DNA of 64,000 nt from assembly GCA_964016885.1 (NCBI GenBank), contig OZ024742.1, positions 141,980,001 to 142,044,000 on the forward strand. Reading direction: 5' to 3'. The notes below the pieces were generated by a model, which saw only the letters and a list, made by a program, of their open reading frames with translations, was not told the DNA's origin and did not search any database. Origin of the DNA: Eledone cirrhosa (taxonomy: Eukaryota). Positions 37,473 to 51,719 of this stretch are shown here, one piece after another. Numbering within the stretch: the stretch's first letter is position 1; each line of letters starts with the position of its first letter. The translations under genes were made by a program, and so were the position numbers.

Positions 37473-38173
37473 ATATATATATATAAAAGAGAGATATTTA
37501 TTGGTTGGTTGGCTGGTTGAATCACACGAAAACTACGCACACACAGATCTAAAGAGAGAGAGAGTCAAAAGTGGAGAGATAGAAAGAGAGAGATAGGCCG
37601 TTATACAGAGAGAGATACAATTAAAGTGTTAGATATTCAGAGAGAGTGGGGGAGAGAGTAACGTCCCACAAAAGTCTAGAAACGGTTTAAATTATAGATC
37701 CTTTGAAGGAAGGTTTAACAATATTGCGTTAGCTTTTATAAATTCGTTTTACAGTCTTTGATTTTACAGAACAAAGAATAATTGATACTATTTGAAATTA
37801 ATTTACCTTCCAGTTATATACTACTTACAGACCATACTAACGAAGCTAGCCACTTCAGAAGCAATGTTATACGGCATAATGGTGTGTTTCAGATGACGTC
37901 CTTTGGAACTGAAAAAGATCATACTGACTATGGTTATTTCACAAGGCCAATGCTACCATTTAATCAGCAGTTTACTCCCTCAGCCTAATAAGGAAGTTTT
38001 ATGATTGTTCTTTTTTTTAATGTCTCTCTCTCTCTCTCTCACGTACACACACACACACACACACACATTACGGTCTCACCTCATACCATACAATACATCC
38101 AGTACAGTCGTTTTTCGTTTTTATCCGTCTTCTCTTAACTGTTCTCCCAGGCGAGGCCGGGTACCTCAGCTAG
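37471..38173 (+). mobile_element. Non-autonomous Helitron with RepHel remnant
   Basis: 5' ctatatatatatataaaa...ttggttggttggctggttg. Internal peptide SHFRSNVIRHNGVFQMTSFG resembles Helitron RepHel F..NIR.YN..FQMTSFG. 3' hairpin cccaggcgaggccggg, then CTAG|T at 38170-38174. Confidence 0.8.
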
Positions 38174-38214
38174 TATATACATATATATATATATATGTGT
38201 ATATATATATAATA

Positions 38215-39448
38215 TAAGATCAAAAGATGGTTAAAAGAGTTCCAAGTATTTTATTATACGCATTTCAAAACAAATATCATCGTGGGATGATATCTGCGTT
38301 CTCATCAGATAAAATAGGGAGACATGATATGAAGCTTAAAAAACACTTGTGAATAGTGAAGTTTTAAATCAACGTATGAAAAATAAATTAAGATTGATGT
38401 ATGAGGTTGGGAAAAAGTGAGAGGGGTTTGGAAAAGGTAAGGAAGAGATAAGAGTAAAGAATGGTGGGGGAGGAGTATAAGAAGGAATTATGAGAGAGGA
38501 GGAGATATGGGTGATAGAGAGAGAGAGATAGCCTTTACAACTGAGAAAAATATATATATATATATTGTCTCACAGAGAGAAATTAAAAAGCTGTTGGAAG
38601 ATAATAGATAATTTAAAAGATTTTGAATTTAAAAGTTAATGAGGTTTATGCATGAAGAAAAAGGAATTAAGAATAGTATTAATTTAAGGTGGATTGGCAC
38701 TATCGGTAGAGGGTCGGACGCCATGCTTTCAAGCATAGTTACGTCCCTTTACCATCTGAGTTCAAATCCCGCCGAGGTTGACTTTGCCTTTCATCCTTAC
38801 GGGGTCGATAAAATAAAGTACCAGTAATGCACTGGGTAATTGCTGGCCTTGTGCCTAAAGTAGAAACAAGTATTAATTTAAGGTTTGTATATTGAAGGGT
38901 TTAATAATATGTGCGAGGAAAAGAATTTATTAATATGCATTATTAAAATTAAAATATGAATGTTATTAAGGATATAATGTGAAAAGAAGGAGAAGAATGA
39001 ATGAGTTATGAATTTAGAGGAATTAGTTAGGGTTTAAGTTTGTTTTTATGTAATGTAATATGTGTACGTAAATAGTTTGTTTTAAAATGAGCGCGGAAGG
39101 AAAAGAAGAAAAGAATGTTTAAGGAAGAAAATATCTAACATCAAAAAGTATATATGTTTACGAAATATTTTCTAATGGTAATAATATAATATATTAAAAG
39201 AAATTAGTTAGGGTTTAAGTTTGTTTTTATGTATTGTAATATGTAAAATTCAAATTAAGTAGTAGTTTAAAACGAGCATGAAAAGATGGAGGAGATAAGA
39301 AAAATTTAAGGAAGAAAAAAAATCTAACGTCAAAAAATTATATGTTTACGAACGACTTCTAATGGTAATACTATAATGTATTAAAAAAATAATTTTTATG
39401 GCCAATGATATGAGGAAAGATGGAAGAATGGAGAAGTAGTTAGGAAGA

Positions 39449-39455
<7 letters not shown>
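38215..39455 (-). mobile_element. Penelope-like remnant with hammerhead core, SINE insertion and internal ~180-bp duplication
   Basis: Minus strand tattttat-CTGATGA-long stem II-GAAA-TGCG-TA at ~38248-38316. Direct repeat 39021-39199 / 39202-39386. (TA)n on both ends. Confidence 0.55.
38688..38868 (+). mobile_element. Full-length SINE S1 with target-site duplication
   Basis: TSD agtattaatttaa(ggt) at 38675-38690 and 38869-38884; A/B boxes present. Confidence 0.92.
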
Positions 39456-39492
<37 letters not shown>

Positions 39493-39714
39493 TACAGGTC
39501 ATTAAAGTTAAACTAGGTATCTGCGTGTTGCAGAAACATTTTAATATAAAATACAAATGTACGTAATAGTAAAGAAATGTGCAGAACTTGTAACGGAGTC
39601 AAGACCCAAGGGTAAGAATATGTTTTGGTAAACATTGTATGTTTAGAAGCGTGCGCACAAATACATTTGCACATATACACACACACTCACGCACACACAT
39701 ACACACACACACAT

Positions 39715-39747
<33 letters not shown>

Positions 39748-39779
39748 CCACATACATATATATATATAGAGAGAGAGAG

Positions 39780-39815
<36 letters not shown>

Positions 39816-39820
39816 AAAGG

Positions 39821-39853
<33 letters not shown>

Positions 39854-40259
39854 GGGGGGATTGTGAGTTATCAGTTTAAACTAGTAAGACCATGTTCAGC
39901 TAAGCACTTAATAGTTGAGAAAGTAGAGTGTATGTATTGTATAGAGATAGTAACCGGCGGCTGAGCTCATGCCGTTTCGACGGTGAAAGGATAACTGCCT
40001 GTTATCCATTCACAATCGAAATATGTGTGTGCATGTGTGTGTATGTGAATGTGTGTATGTGTGTCCCATATATATGTATATGTATGTGTGCCTATATATA
40101 TATATATGTGTGTGTGTGTGTATGTGTTTATGTGTCTGCACCTCCATATAAATAATTTTTCATATTTCAATTCAAAGGTTTCCTGTTTGTTTTGCTTGTA
40201 ATTAAATTCTTCGTGTGAGTTATTTTATCACGTTAACTCTTCTGTTAATGATGATTCTA

Positions 40260-40655
40260 CAGGTAACTACAAGATTATTTATTTTGTCGTCTTTCTTCAG
40301 AGAAGTTGCTTTCGGTCACGGTTTCAAACACTAGATCACTTTAATGTACATTGGTATTTGATCGATGGTCGGTCTAAATGGTTACCTTATGGTGGAACCG
40401 TTAGAAATCAAGCCACTGTTGTGGAAACTAGAAGTATTGAGAGGCATCCCAATTTAACTGCGACATGCTGAGTGAACCGTGGCGGCATATGTTGTTGGCA
40501 TAACCGTAATAGTTTCTGCTCTTTCGCTTCTTATAGAATAGGTGCATTTCACTAAGCAGGCAGTGCATCTGCGGCTGCCCCCCCCCCCCTGCGTAGAGGG
40601 CGCATTATGCCATGGCTGATGATGCGTAGACATGTGTTAAAGATGTGACACTTAT
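40260..40655 (+). mobile_element. Old, internally deleted Tx1-like RT fragment
   Basis: Patches homologous to 7690-7890 (aagccactgttgtggaaactagaag...ggcatcc) and 8315-8410 (cgtagagggc...tggctgatgatgcgtagaca). Confidence 0.7.
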
Positions 40656-40699
40656 CTAGTACCTGTACGAGGACAATATCAACATTACCGTTTATCTTT

Positions 40700-41012
40700 C
40701 CGAGTTTAATAAGATATATTATCAGTTAAGTTCTGGGGTCGATATAATCGACTTCCCCTCCCCTTAAAATTGTTGGCCTTTTGTCTAAATTAGAAACCAT
40801 TATCATTGATAGGGTGACAGAATCGTTAGAGTCGGAGAAAATGATTCGTGTCATTTAATTATGGTTCTTTGCGTTCTGAATTCAAATTTCGCCGCAGTCA
40901 ACTTTGTCTTTCATCTGTCGGATTCGATAGAATAAATTGCCTGACAAATACTGGTATCGATTATATCGACTTCCCCGCCCCTAAAATTGCTGACCTTGTG
41001 CCTAAATTAAAA
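40700..41012 (+). mobile_element. Two diverged S1-related SINE copies in tandem
   Basis: tctgaattcaaatttcgcc...tttcatc...gataga...tgctgaccttgtgcctaaatta, with a similar 3' part at 40735-40800. Confidence 0.65.
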
Positions 41013-41543
41013 ACTTTTATTTTCAATGCAAACTTTATATTTATGGTTGCATGGCATATTGCGTTGATTAGGGTGATTTCTGGAGGAAAATGTATTTAAT
41101 TGAAGGCATAATCTTATTGAGGTCAGTTTGACATTATCGGCTTAAATAATTAGAAATGATTGGCGCTATCACAGTTAATATGAAATTCAATAGTCATTCT
41201 TTCACATTTACTAACTAATGTGGCTAAATATTTCAAAATCACCAGCCTGTCCATACACTAACTGTTTTCTCAAGTGAGGAATTATTCAAATACTATGTCC
41301 AGCTAAAATTCCTATAAATTCTATCCAGTCACATGAACAGCTTTATAATTTATAATTCAGTATGTATTTATAAATAGGCGAAAGTAGGGCTGTATAATTT
41401 GGGAGTTCACTTCGCAACCACGATGTGGTTTCGCGTTCAGTCACACTGCATGGCACTTTGGGCAGTGTATTGTTTTAAAGCCTTGATTTTGACATATGCT
41501 TTGTAACTGAAAGTTGTTAGATGGTAGCCTGTCGTACATATTC

Positions 41544-42014
<471 letters not shown>

Positions 42015-42069
42015 TAACGCTCTACATAGCTGAAAACAATAAATGTAATCTGAGTTTTTCGAATATTAA

Positions 42070-42246
42070 TAATTGTTTCTACTTTAGGCACAAGGCCAGC
42101 AAATACCCAGTGCATTACTGGTACTTTATTTTATCGACCCCGTAAGGATGAAAGGCAAAGTCAACCTCGGCGGGATTTGAACTCAGATCGTAAAGGGACG
42201 TAACTATGATGGAAAGCATGGCGTCCGACCCTCTACCGATACTGCC
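42070..42246 (-). mobile_element. SINE S1
   Basis: Near full-length reverse-complement copy, nearly identical to the 37148 and 38688 copies. Confidence 0.9.
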
Positions 42247-42351
42247 TTAATAATAATATTCGATTCATTTGCATCATGCAAAAACCCTCTTTTTTAAAGC
42301 TATGTCAGTAGAATAAGTCCCCCATTCTTGCTCTTGTGTTGGCATGTAAAC

Positions 42352-42396
42352 AGAACTGCAGACACTTATGTTTCTGGTATTCATCAGTGCAGTTCA
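42352..42396 (-). ncRNA. Hammerhead-like motif with perfect core and 8-bp stem I but essentially no stem II
   Basis: Minus strand: gaactgca-CTGATGA-atacca-GAAA-CA taag TG-TC^tgcagttc. Confidence 0.55.
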
Positions 42397-44673
42397 CTGG
42401 AAATAGTCAAGAATTTTGAGGGGCTTTGTAATATATCTACCTTTCTTAGTGTTAAGCTGATATTTAAAACATATCTTAATAAAGGTTCTTTCATATAATT
42501 GTGATGGGTAGTCTCTAGATAAATATAATCACTTTAAAATAAACAATGATGTATTGTAAAACCAAGATTGGTTTCAGGCGGTTTGGCATCGAAAGGGTTA
42601 AAATATGATACATTTCTATTGGTTTATAGAACAAACATTCTATATAGAATACGGACTAGGAGTTGCTATATCAGAAATGTCCATGACTACAGGATACAGT
42701 CTATAAATATATATATTAACTCGAGGGTGTACGTCTCAGTCAATACTCTGATATCCAAAGGAAAGGAGCCGATTGCCAGATCAGGCCAAGAATACAATGT
42801 TTCAATTGCTGATACTATCTATCGGTTGCAACTCCTGATTGAAGAAGGCATTAAATACCATGACTGTCGATTCTCCGCCATATACCCAAATACAACATGG
42901 AAGGAAAATATAGTATTAGATTAAACACAATAGAAAATAGTTGAAATATTTAGAATATAAATATATTAGAGGAAAACACTTTCACTCTATTACATGGCAT
43001 GTCAAGGTTTTAACAGTTATTTTCTTTTAACAGTGAATGTGTGTGTGTGTGTTCCTGTGTGTATGTGTATGTGTGTGTGTGTGTTCCTCTCTGTGTGTGG
43101 GGGGGGGTGTATGTGTGTGTGTGTGTGTGTGTGTACATAGGTGTGTGTGTGTGTGTGTGTGTGTGTTGTCAGATACATTACACACTACATTATTTTGCTT
43201 CTAACCACGCTGATTATATTTTTACAAGCAAATTGGTGCTCAGTCTTAATGCTAGGACACCCTTGACGAAAAAACTGGCATATTAGATGACATTTTTTTT
43301 ATATAAACTCAAAACGTCAAATTATCATTTAAAGTTTGATAAAACTTTAATTTGCTCGGATTGTTGATGCAGGCGTTTTGATCAAATTCTTGAATTACTC
43401 ATAAAAATTGTAAAATATTAAAGTTCCATTCATCTTTTGACTATGTTTTGTTTTTCTTTAGTAATGTGTCTAATGTTTAACAACTTGGTAGAGTACTTTA
43501 TTTTGAAACAAATAAAATATTCGAGTCTAAACGTCTTTAAATGAGACATAAATCTGCTATAAAATAAATTCACGATTCTTTTTATTTTCCTGTTGACGCC
43601 TTTCTAATTAATTGCATCCGCCATTAAAAAGCTGCTATACGAATAAATGCCTAAACAAAGAATCTGTTTTCAAAGATTTTTATAAAGATACATTAAAAAT
43701 AATTTATTGGTTTATCTTAGCCTGTTTCAAACATTTTATCTAAATTCTAGTTTTGAGATGATTGTATTTTACATTGCAGCATAAAATTTCAAGGGTTAGA
43801 TACCATATAGTGTAGATATCTATATAGAAAACAGAACTAAACCTATCGAAGATTATTTTACATGAATAAGATTCATATCATATCTACACAGCAGGAGACA
43901 ACATTCAAAACAATCAATTAATCATTTAGTAAAATATTACAGAAAACTAGGTTTTAATTCCCAATGCAATTTACCATCTCAGTATGGAGTCAGCACCATT
44001 CCCCTTCTTTACTAGTGACGTAGCAGTCAATTAGAAAGTTTCCATTCGTAACTGTTACTTTTTATCATTGATTTTGATATTTCCTAGTCTCTGAAAAAAG
44101 ACCTATGGCAGAATGTTAGCTGATATGATTATTCTAGTTGATGTTATCGATTTGTTTATTGCGTGAATGATGCTCTAAAATTAAGGACTCGAATATGTAG
44201 ATTTGTTTGGAATCTAAAATGTTTGTTGTGGAGTCACTTTTAAAAGTTTATTGTGAAATATTTAGCAAATACACTGAACATATCGAGCAACTACGTATAA
44301 TTGTTGGCTGGTATGTGACAGTGGTACTGAGCCATTTGGTCCAGTGACACATATGAGGCATCGTATTAAATGACACATATGAGTCAGTTGGTTGTGTGAC
44401 ACATATAAGCCATATGGTTGAGTGATATATATATACAAACACGTAAGCATACAGAAACAAACGTTAATAAGATTTGTTGGTGGCCTTAGGCTATATAATT
44501 TTCCTAAATTGATCAAAAAGGAAATCTGTCAGCCTAATTTCATTTAATCGACATTTATGTGGTAAATTTAGACGTGCAACTAAATTAACTGCTTGGCAAT
44601 ATTTACATCATAGTGATTCTGAAATATTGATGTCTAAATACTGGAAACATATTTGAGGCTCGTTTTGTGTGAG

Positions 44674-44796
<123 letters not shown>

Positions 44797-45711
44797 GTGT
44801 ATATATGTGTGTGTGTGTGTGTGTGCGTGTGTATATATGTATATATATATACTCATATATATATATTGAGTAAAATGACAGGAAATTCCTTCAAAGATCC
44901 CTGCAAACACTATGTACATTTCAGTGGCCAGGTTACATAGGATCATGGTGGCATCATCAGATATATATATACCTGCACACACACACACACAAATAGATAC
45001 AGACATATTCACCTAGTTGTCTACATTCCAATAAAAAAAATCTTGTATATGTCTGGCCTAGGGCTGTGCTTTGAAAGTAAAGTAATTAATCATTTTGACA
45101 TTTGAAACCACACGAAAACTGTTAACTAATTTCACTATATATTTATCATGTATTTCTTGGTGTAAAAAGTTTCGACTCACTGCTTACGACCCAGTCTCTG
45201 CCATTGATTTCACACTAGGTTACTGGCCAGTTTTTATGAGCCTCTGGGTTTTTCTTTAGTTTTTTTTATGATAACTAATTGAGTTTTACCACTACCTTGG
45301 ATTAACCCAAGACTTGTGAGGGGGAACATCATATGTAGGCGGAAATGGTGTGGAAGCGCGTCGAAATGATTGTACTTGTAAATTCAAACGGCCAGATTTG
45401 TTACATAATACGTCACGTTGAATTTTATTGAGAATTACGTTAAATGTACACGTGTCTGTGGAATGCTCAGTCATTTGGATGTTAATTTCACGAATATTCT
45501 GTTTCCTACACCAAACTTACCGTCGAAACCGACAGAGTTCCATTCCACTCCATTATACTGGTTCACTTCTAAGTGTTAGTGCAATAGTGATGAAGAATTT
45601 GTATGTGTGTCACTACTTGTATAGATATTTGTTGATACTTTTATTGATATATTTCAATGTGTGTCTGTGTATGTATTTAAACATTTATTTTAGCATGTTG
45701 TCATTGCAATA

Positions 45712-45928
45712 GGGCGGTTTATTGGCAGTATCGGTAGAGAGTCGGACAACATGCTATTCGGTATATAGTTACGTCCCTTTGTACTCTGAGTTCAAATCCC
45801 GCTGAGAGCAGATTTGCTTTCATCCTTGTGAGGGTGATAAATAAAATACTAGTAACACACAGGGGTCGATTTAATCGACTTCCGATTTTCAAAAATCATT
45901 GGCCTTGTACCTAAATCAGAAACCATTA
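45712..45928 (+). mobile_element. SINE S1-related, older subfamily
   Basis: tggcagtatcggtagagagtcgga...ctgagttcaaatccc...tttcatcc...ggccttgtacctaaatcagaaacc. Confidence 0.82.
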
Positions 45929-46187
45929 TGTATTTACGCATTGCATATTTCACAACGTAGTATAGGTGTTATTCGTTAGCATCAATATTCTATTCACTTT
46001 TCTTCCGTCTCAAGGGTTATATCCCCGATTCTATTCAAATATACTACATGATTGTTTAATATGTGTTACAGTAGCTTTTGGAGAACGTAAAACAAAATAT
46101 ACTCTTAAAATTTCAATCTTTCTACACCTTCCTCAAATCTTCCGTTGTTTATATGTATGTACATATACAAATGCATGCTTATATATA

Positions 46188-46224
<37 letters not shown>

Positions 46225-46234
46225 GGGGTGCATG

Positions 46235-46272
<38 letters not shown>

Positions 46273-46699
46273 CATGTGTATATATATATAAATGTGTGTG
46301 TGTGTATGTGTGCGTATGTATGGATTGCACAACTGTTCTAGCTTTTTCCTTTTCAAGTCTATAAGTTTCATACAGTTTTAATGCTTTCTAAGAAATTAGT
46401 TATTTGCGTAAATGATAACTGTAGACACCATTCTATTACATATATTTTTGCTGTAATCTTATTTAATGCTGTACTTTCCATACTGTAATAGTGCACTGCC
46501 TTGGTTCCCAACATCTTCCATTCGTATACTGTCGTTGCTACTATTATCAATAATATTATTATTTTAATAGTTTTTTTTTTGTATTTTTATCTGTGTAAAA
46601 TATGTTTTTGTATGTACTAAAACACTGTAGTGTATCTGAAAACATGCTGACTACTTACCGACTTTATTCATGTTAAAATGAGTGAGATTTGGGAAACAG

Positions 46700-46730
46700 C
46701 AATAACTACAACAACAACAATTACACTAAC

Positions 46731-46774
<44 letters not shown>

Positions 46775-46850
46775 TAACAACAATAACAATAATAACAATA
46801 ATAACAATAATAATAATAATAACAATAATAATAATAATAATGATGATGGT
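46700..46850. repeat. (AAT/AAC)n microsatellite, no retrotransposon inserted
   Basis: Direct inspection. Confidence 0.95.
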
Positions 46851-47189
46851 GGTGATGAATTTTCTGAAATATGAAATAAAAAAACAATGGATCAATCACT
46901 TTAAAAGAAAATTGAAAAATTGACGTCAGAAAAAAAAACACTCGTAGTAATAGATACTTATGAAAATTGCTTTTCCTGTCTTCAAACATTCCATCTGTGG
47001 TTCTGCCTTAAAAATCTTACATTTATATGAAAAACCACTCAGGAAAATGCTTGCCACAAAACGAGATGCCTAGATTAGTTTAGATTATCACATCTCTAAT
47101 AATGCAACTGGAATGGGAAATGTGTTGGTTAGATTTTCAGTTTCTTTTATGTATTATCAGTACGATAAGTTCACTGGTATTGAATTGCA

Positions 47190-47790
47190 CGTTGAAATAT
47201 AAAAATTAGGTGTCAAGAAATATACTTCAGCAAATAGAAAAATCAAAGTGGAGAGGAGCAAGACATGTAGCCAGAAAGTAAATAATAGAGGGAAGGTAAA
47301 AAGACCATGAAGTGAATCCAACGAGACGGAATTGTTTCAGAAGATACAGTAATATACATTGCAACAAAAAATTGCAATTATTATTGAAATGGAAAGTAGT
47401 TTACAAGAGCGGAGCACAGAAGGTAAATCAAAGGATGGAAAAATCAGAACAATGCAATACACCATGGAAATAAGAATGTTAATATATATCGTTGAAAGAC
47501 AGAATTGATTGTGAAGAGAAAATATGGCGGACATGGGTTATAGATATGCTTCAGGAAAAAGCAGAAAAAACGCGGAGGAAGGCAGGATTTAGTCAGAACT
47601 AGATGGGCGTAAAAAAAGAAACGCGGAGTGGATTCCGCATGAGGGATGGAGGAAATGGGGTGGTAGACAGAAGAGGAGTTAGAGGGATGATATAAAAGAT
47701 TACATGTAGTTGACTAGGGGAGATAAGCGACCAGTTTCGACAAGACTAGCGGTGGACAGGGAAATATTAAGGGGATTTGAAGTAGGGGTA
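47190..47790 (+). mobile_element. Ancient RTE/CR1-type LINE 3' remnant(s)
   Basis: Peptide KSKWRGARHVAR resembles K.RWAGHVAR; purine-rich strand. Confidence 0.45.
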
Positions 47791-47792
47791 TT

Positions 47793-47828
<36 letters not shown>

Positions 47829-49120
47829 CGTGTATACATATGTGCGTGTGTATAAATGCTAACTGTTGAGTACTTGTGTGTGCATACTGCTAAGCAAAAG
47901 AAAGCTTTATACTATGTTGAAAAATTTAATTCCTCCCAGAGACCGCCAGTTTGATCTTGCGATTCTTCAGATTGTACAATATTTTATGGGCTACAAATTA
48001 TATTTATGTTAAACGGGGTTTTCTCTTAGGAATGTAACCGAAGATAATCGTAAAAGAAAGAGATAGCAGTTGGTTGGGATTCAAGGATCGTTGTGCTATT
48101 GGATTGGAGTGTTTGAGGTTAGGTGAATGGATGATTTTTTCTAAGCTTTGTAGGGGTTACAGTGATCGCAGTTTTATTCTTATAGATCAGTTAATAGGTA
48201 AACAAATATGATGAATAAGTGAAGAGACTGGAGTTTGGGCATAAGTAATTTGATAACAGTTTTAATAAGCCGGTATTATCAACAAAAAATTTAATAAACA
48301 TTCACTATATCAGTACATAATCATGAAAATAATTTCTATCTTAATTGCATAATATTCATGAAATATATGTAAATAGAAGTGAAGAAAGCACACATGCCTT
48401 ACTTTAAGTTGTGAGCTTAGAGAGAAACAAAATTGATATATGCCGGAATATATTTGATCAAATGAGATTAATGTTAGTCTAACCTATCCTCGTAAATATA
48501 CCGGATGAACAAAAAGAAAGTAAAAAGCGCTGAAAAACAATTACTTCAAGTAACTTCAGATTCACCAACTGCTTTAATATATTCCATTTGGAGTTTATTG
48601 ATACGTAGTTTTGGATAGTAGAAAGATCTACAGTATATAGCTCTATGTCAGTTTTCGAGAAAAAAAGAGAAAGAGAGAAATATTATCCAACATAATATAG
48701 TTGTAGAATTGCTATACGATACATTTATTTTTTGAACATATATATACTATGGATGGCAGTTAATTGAACCGTTATGGCTGCATTTTTTAAATGTACTTAC
48801 GAAGTTAATAAAAAAAATGTATTACTGTTCGAAATAATGCTTCAAAATAAAAAAAAATAAGAATAAAATAAGAATACGCTTCCTAAAGAATGTTCTCATC
48901 CTTACTCTAGTTTGCTTCAATAGTTAGTACATTACAATACATCCACGGGAATAACTATTTCAGCGATATCTTGTTTATGGCAGTCGATTGGCAGATTGGT
49001 TTCAACGTCGAATTTCTTTCCGGTTCTCAGCCCTATGGGTTCAAATCACGTCGATGTCGAAGTGTCTTTTATCCTATAAAAGAAAGTTATTAAGAAAGTA
49101 CCAGCCCAGTTTTGACACAA

Positions 49121-49171
<51 letters not shown>

Positions 49172-50050
49172 TCTCTCTTACTTTCACAACCTTGATGGAT
49201 GTTCTGCAAGATCGAACGTAGTAAGGCTCGCTCGAGAACGTCTCTGTGTCTGCTTGCGACTACAAGGACATCTAAAAGCATTAACGAAAACATAAAACAT
49301 GTTCTTAATTTATCCTTTATTGCAAGTGATGTATAAACAATTAGCCTGCATTGAATAAATAGTGTACAATGAAATATTTAAATATTTTTTAAACGAGCTG
49401 ACTGTGACTTCGATGTTTCTCCTTGCTGTTTTGAATTAGAAGTCCTGTGAAAATAATGAAGTCCTCCGTACATAGAAAAACATGAATGAATATTGCTACT
49501 TGAACGCTATATATGTCATATCAAACATAGAAAATATCCGAAAATGTCATTGTTTCAACTTCATTCTTTTCGTGGCTAGGGCTTCTTCTAATTCAAAATG
49601 GCACGAACATCGTCCTTAAGCTTACCTTAACATCTTCAAATATATGCTGTCTTGTAATGAAAATATTATTTATTTAAATATATCGCCAAACGTGTGCATG
49701 TCATGCATATTAGACTGATTATTTCAGGTCTTTTCTATGTTCCCTATGAAATATATAACGTTGCTGTAGTAATATTTCTTTATAGTTTTGAAGAGCTAAA
49801 CATTTTGAAATGCTGGCATAAAAATAATGAAAGTGTTTACAAAACAGTTTTTATATCTACCTTAAGTTTACCTTAAAATGTTAAACAACATAAACAAATA
49901 AACTGTGTTGTAGCATAAATATTTATTTTGAGTGTGTGAACGCACATGTGTGTGACTCATTCAATGTAGATATTTATAAGTAACTACAAAATAATTGTAA
50001 TGCACCTACCACTCTACAATAATTGTTTTAAACTATTCATTCTGTTTCAG

Positions 50051-50118
50051 GACCTCCAATTACTGTTCATGGACACATATTGGTCAGGTCGATGGGTCCA
50101 ATCTCAGAAAGAGACATG
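50051..50118 (+). CDS. Next coding exon (68 nt) of the same GABA-A alpha/GRD-like subunit
   Basis: Acceptor tctgtttcag| and donor |gtaagt. The phase-1 start completes the Gly codon, giving GPPITVHGHILVRSMGPISERDM. This matches the beta1-loop2 segment (xxSxGPxSxxDM) and the short exon typical of GABA-A alpha-type genes. Confidence 0.92.
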
Positions 50119-50554
50119 GTAAGTTTATTGTGAACAATCATACACATTGTTTTGTTTTAAATCTTATTTTCTAGACTTCATTTCGTATTTACGAGTGACA
50201 AACTTGTTTGTTTTCACTTACCTATTTTAATTGTTTACAAATATAATATCTCTGTTGCTGCTATTTCTTGTCATGACTGCTATTACTGATGATGTCATTT
50301 AGTATATCATCTGTGATTAAATTTATTTTATATTTGAATAGTATAGGCCTGTACCAATTTATTACTGATGATTGTGTCTGAGAGTACAGCATATTTCTAA
50401 TGAAATTGACCTCCATTGGTCTCGACGAAGAGTGTTCCAGCTGTTCGGTCAATGATACAGCCTGTTCATGAAATTAACATATAAGTGGCTGGGCATGCCA
50501 CTGACACATGCACTCTTAACATAGTTCGATTCTCAAGAGGATTCATTGACACAG

Positions 50555-50670
50555 TATAAGAGTCGGCTAAAAAGTTCATAGGCTGAACAAATGAGGATTA
50601 TTTTTTAACATAGTTCCTCTAGCATCAATCCTTCATAGTCAGCCTATGAACTTTTCAGCCGACCCTCGTA
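50555..50670. mobile_element. Tiny mariner-type MITE
   Basis: ~30-bp TIRs (TA)-AGAGTCGGCTAAAAAGTTCATAGGCTGA / TCAGCCTATGAACTTTTCAGCCGACCCTCG-(TA), with TA at both ends; inserted in an S2-like repeat. Confidence 0.8.
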
Positions 50671-51223
50671 AACAACAAGGCTGATTCTTTGAATTATAAA
50701 TACAGTACATCCTACGAGCTTCAAAACAGTTTCAGTTTACCCAATTTGACGGATATGGCTTGAGTCGGCATGAGGCTATGATAAGTGACACATGTCTGAG
50801 ATGCCTCGTGGTAGGACTCTACCCGGGACTTAATGACGGCGAAGCGAACTTCTTAACTATTTGGCCATGCTACGTCCACACATTTCTAATATCAGAAGCG
50901 CTGAATCACTTGTGTCATTCCCTGAAATGTTCTCCCTGCTTACAGACTTAATTGGCTCAACTAAAATGCTCACTGAGAAAAAAAGATAATTCGAACCGAA
51001 ACCATTACACTTATTTGAGGGAGTTTGATTTAGATATAGAACTAATCTTGTTCTAAATGTTATCAAACTGTTTAATAGCATATGGTTCAAATGATGTTTT
51101 TCCCTGTGTGAATTAGACTGGAGTTTTTACAATGATTACGTGACTAAAATTTTACAATAGTTAATTTTATTTTTTGATAAGTCTGTTAAATATATATGTG
51201 TATGCATCTCTCTCTCTCTCTCT

Positions 51224-51271
<48 letters not shown>

Positions 51272-51298
51272 CTGTGTGTGTATGTGTGTGTGTGTGTA

Positions 51299-51330
<32 letters not shown>

Positions 51331-51561
51331 GGTGTGTGTGTATTGTTATAGGTCCGTACGAAGCTAAGAAGAAATGTGTTCGTATATGTGAGTAAAAGAG
51401 TGTGTGTGCATGTAAATGTAAGTACGAAGCTATGAGCAAAAGTATGTTAATATAAGGGTGTGTATCGGCATGTATTAGTTGTAAGAGAAGCTGCTAATGA
51501 TCAAGAGAAAGCGATAGGAATCTAGAGGGCGTGATATTGGACGGCGGGGTATTACAGAAAT

Positions 51562-51673
<112 letters not shown>

Positions 51674-51719
51674 TACACACACATATATATATATATATAA
51701 TATTAAATATACTATTTAT

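Noticed and set aside
39511-39536. Minus-strand hairpin + CTAG resembling a Helitron 3' end
   Set aside because: No matching 5' end or second copy could be identified in the window.
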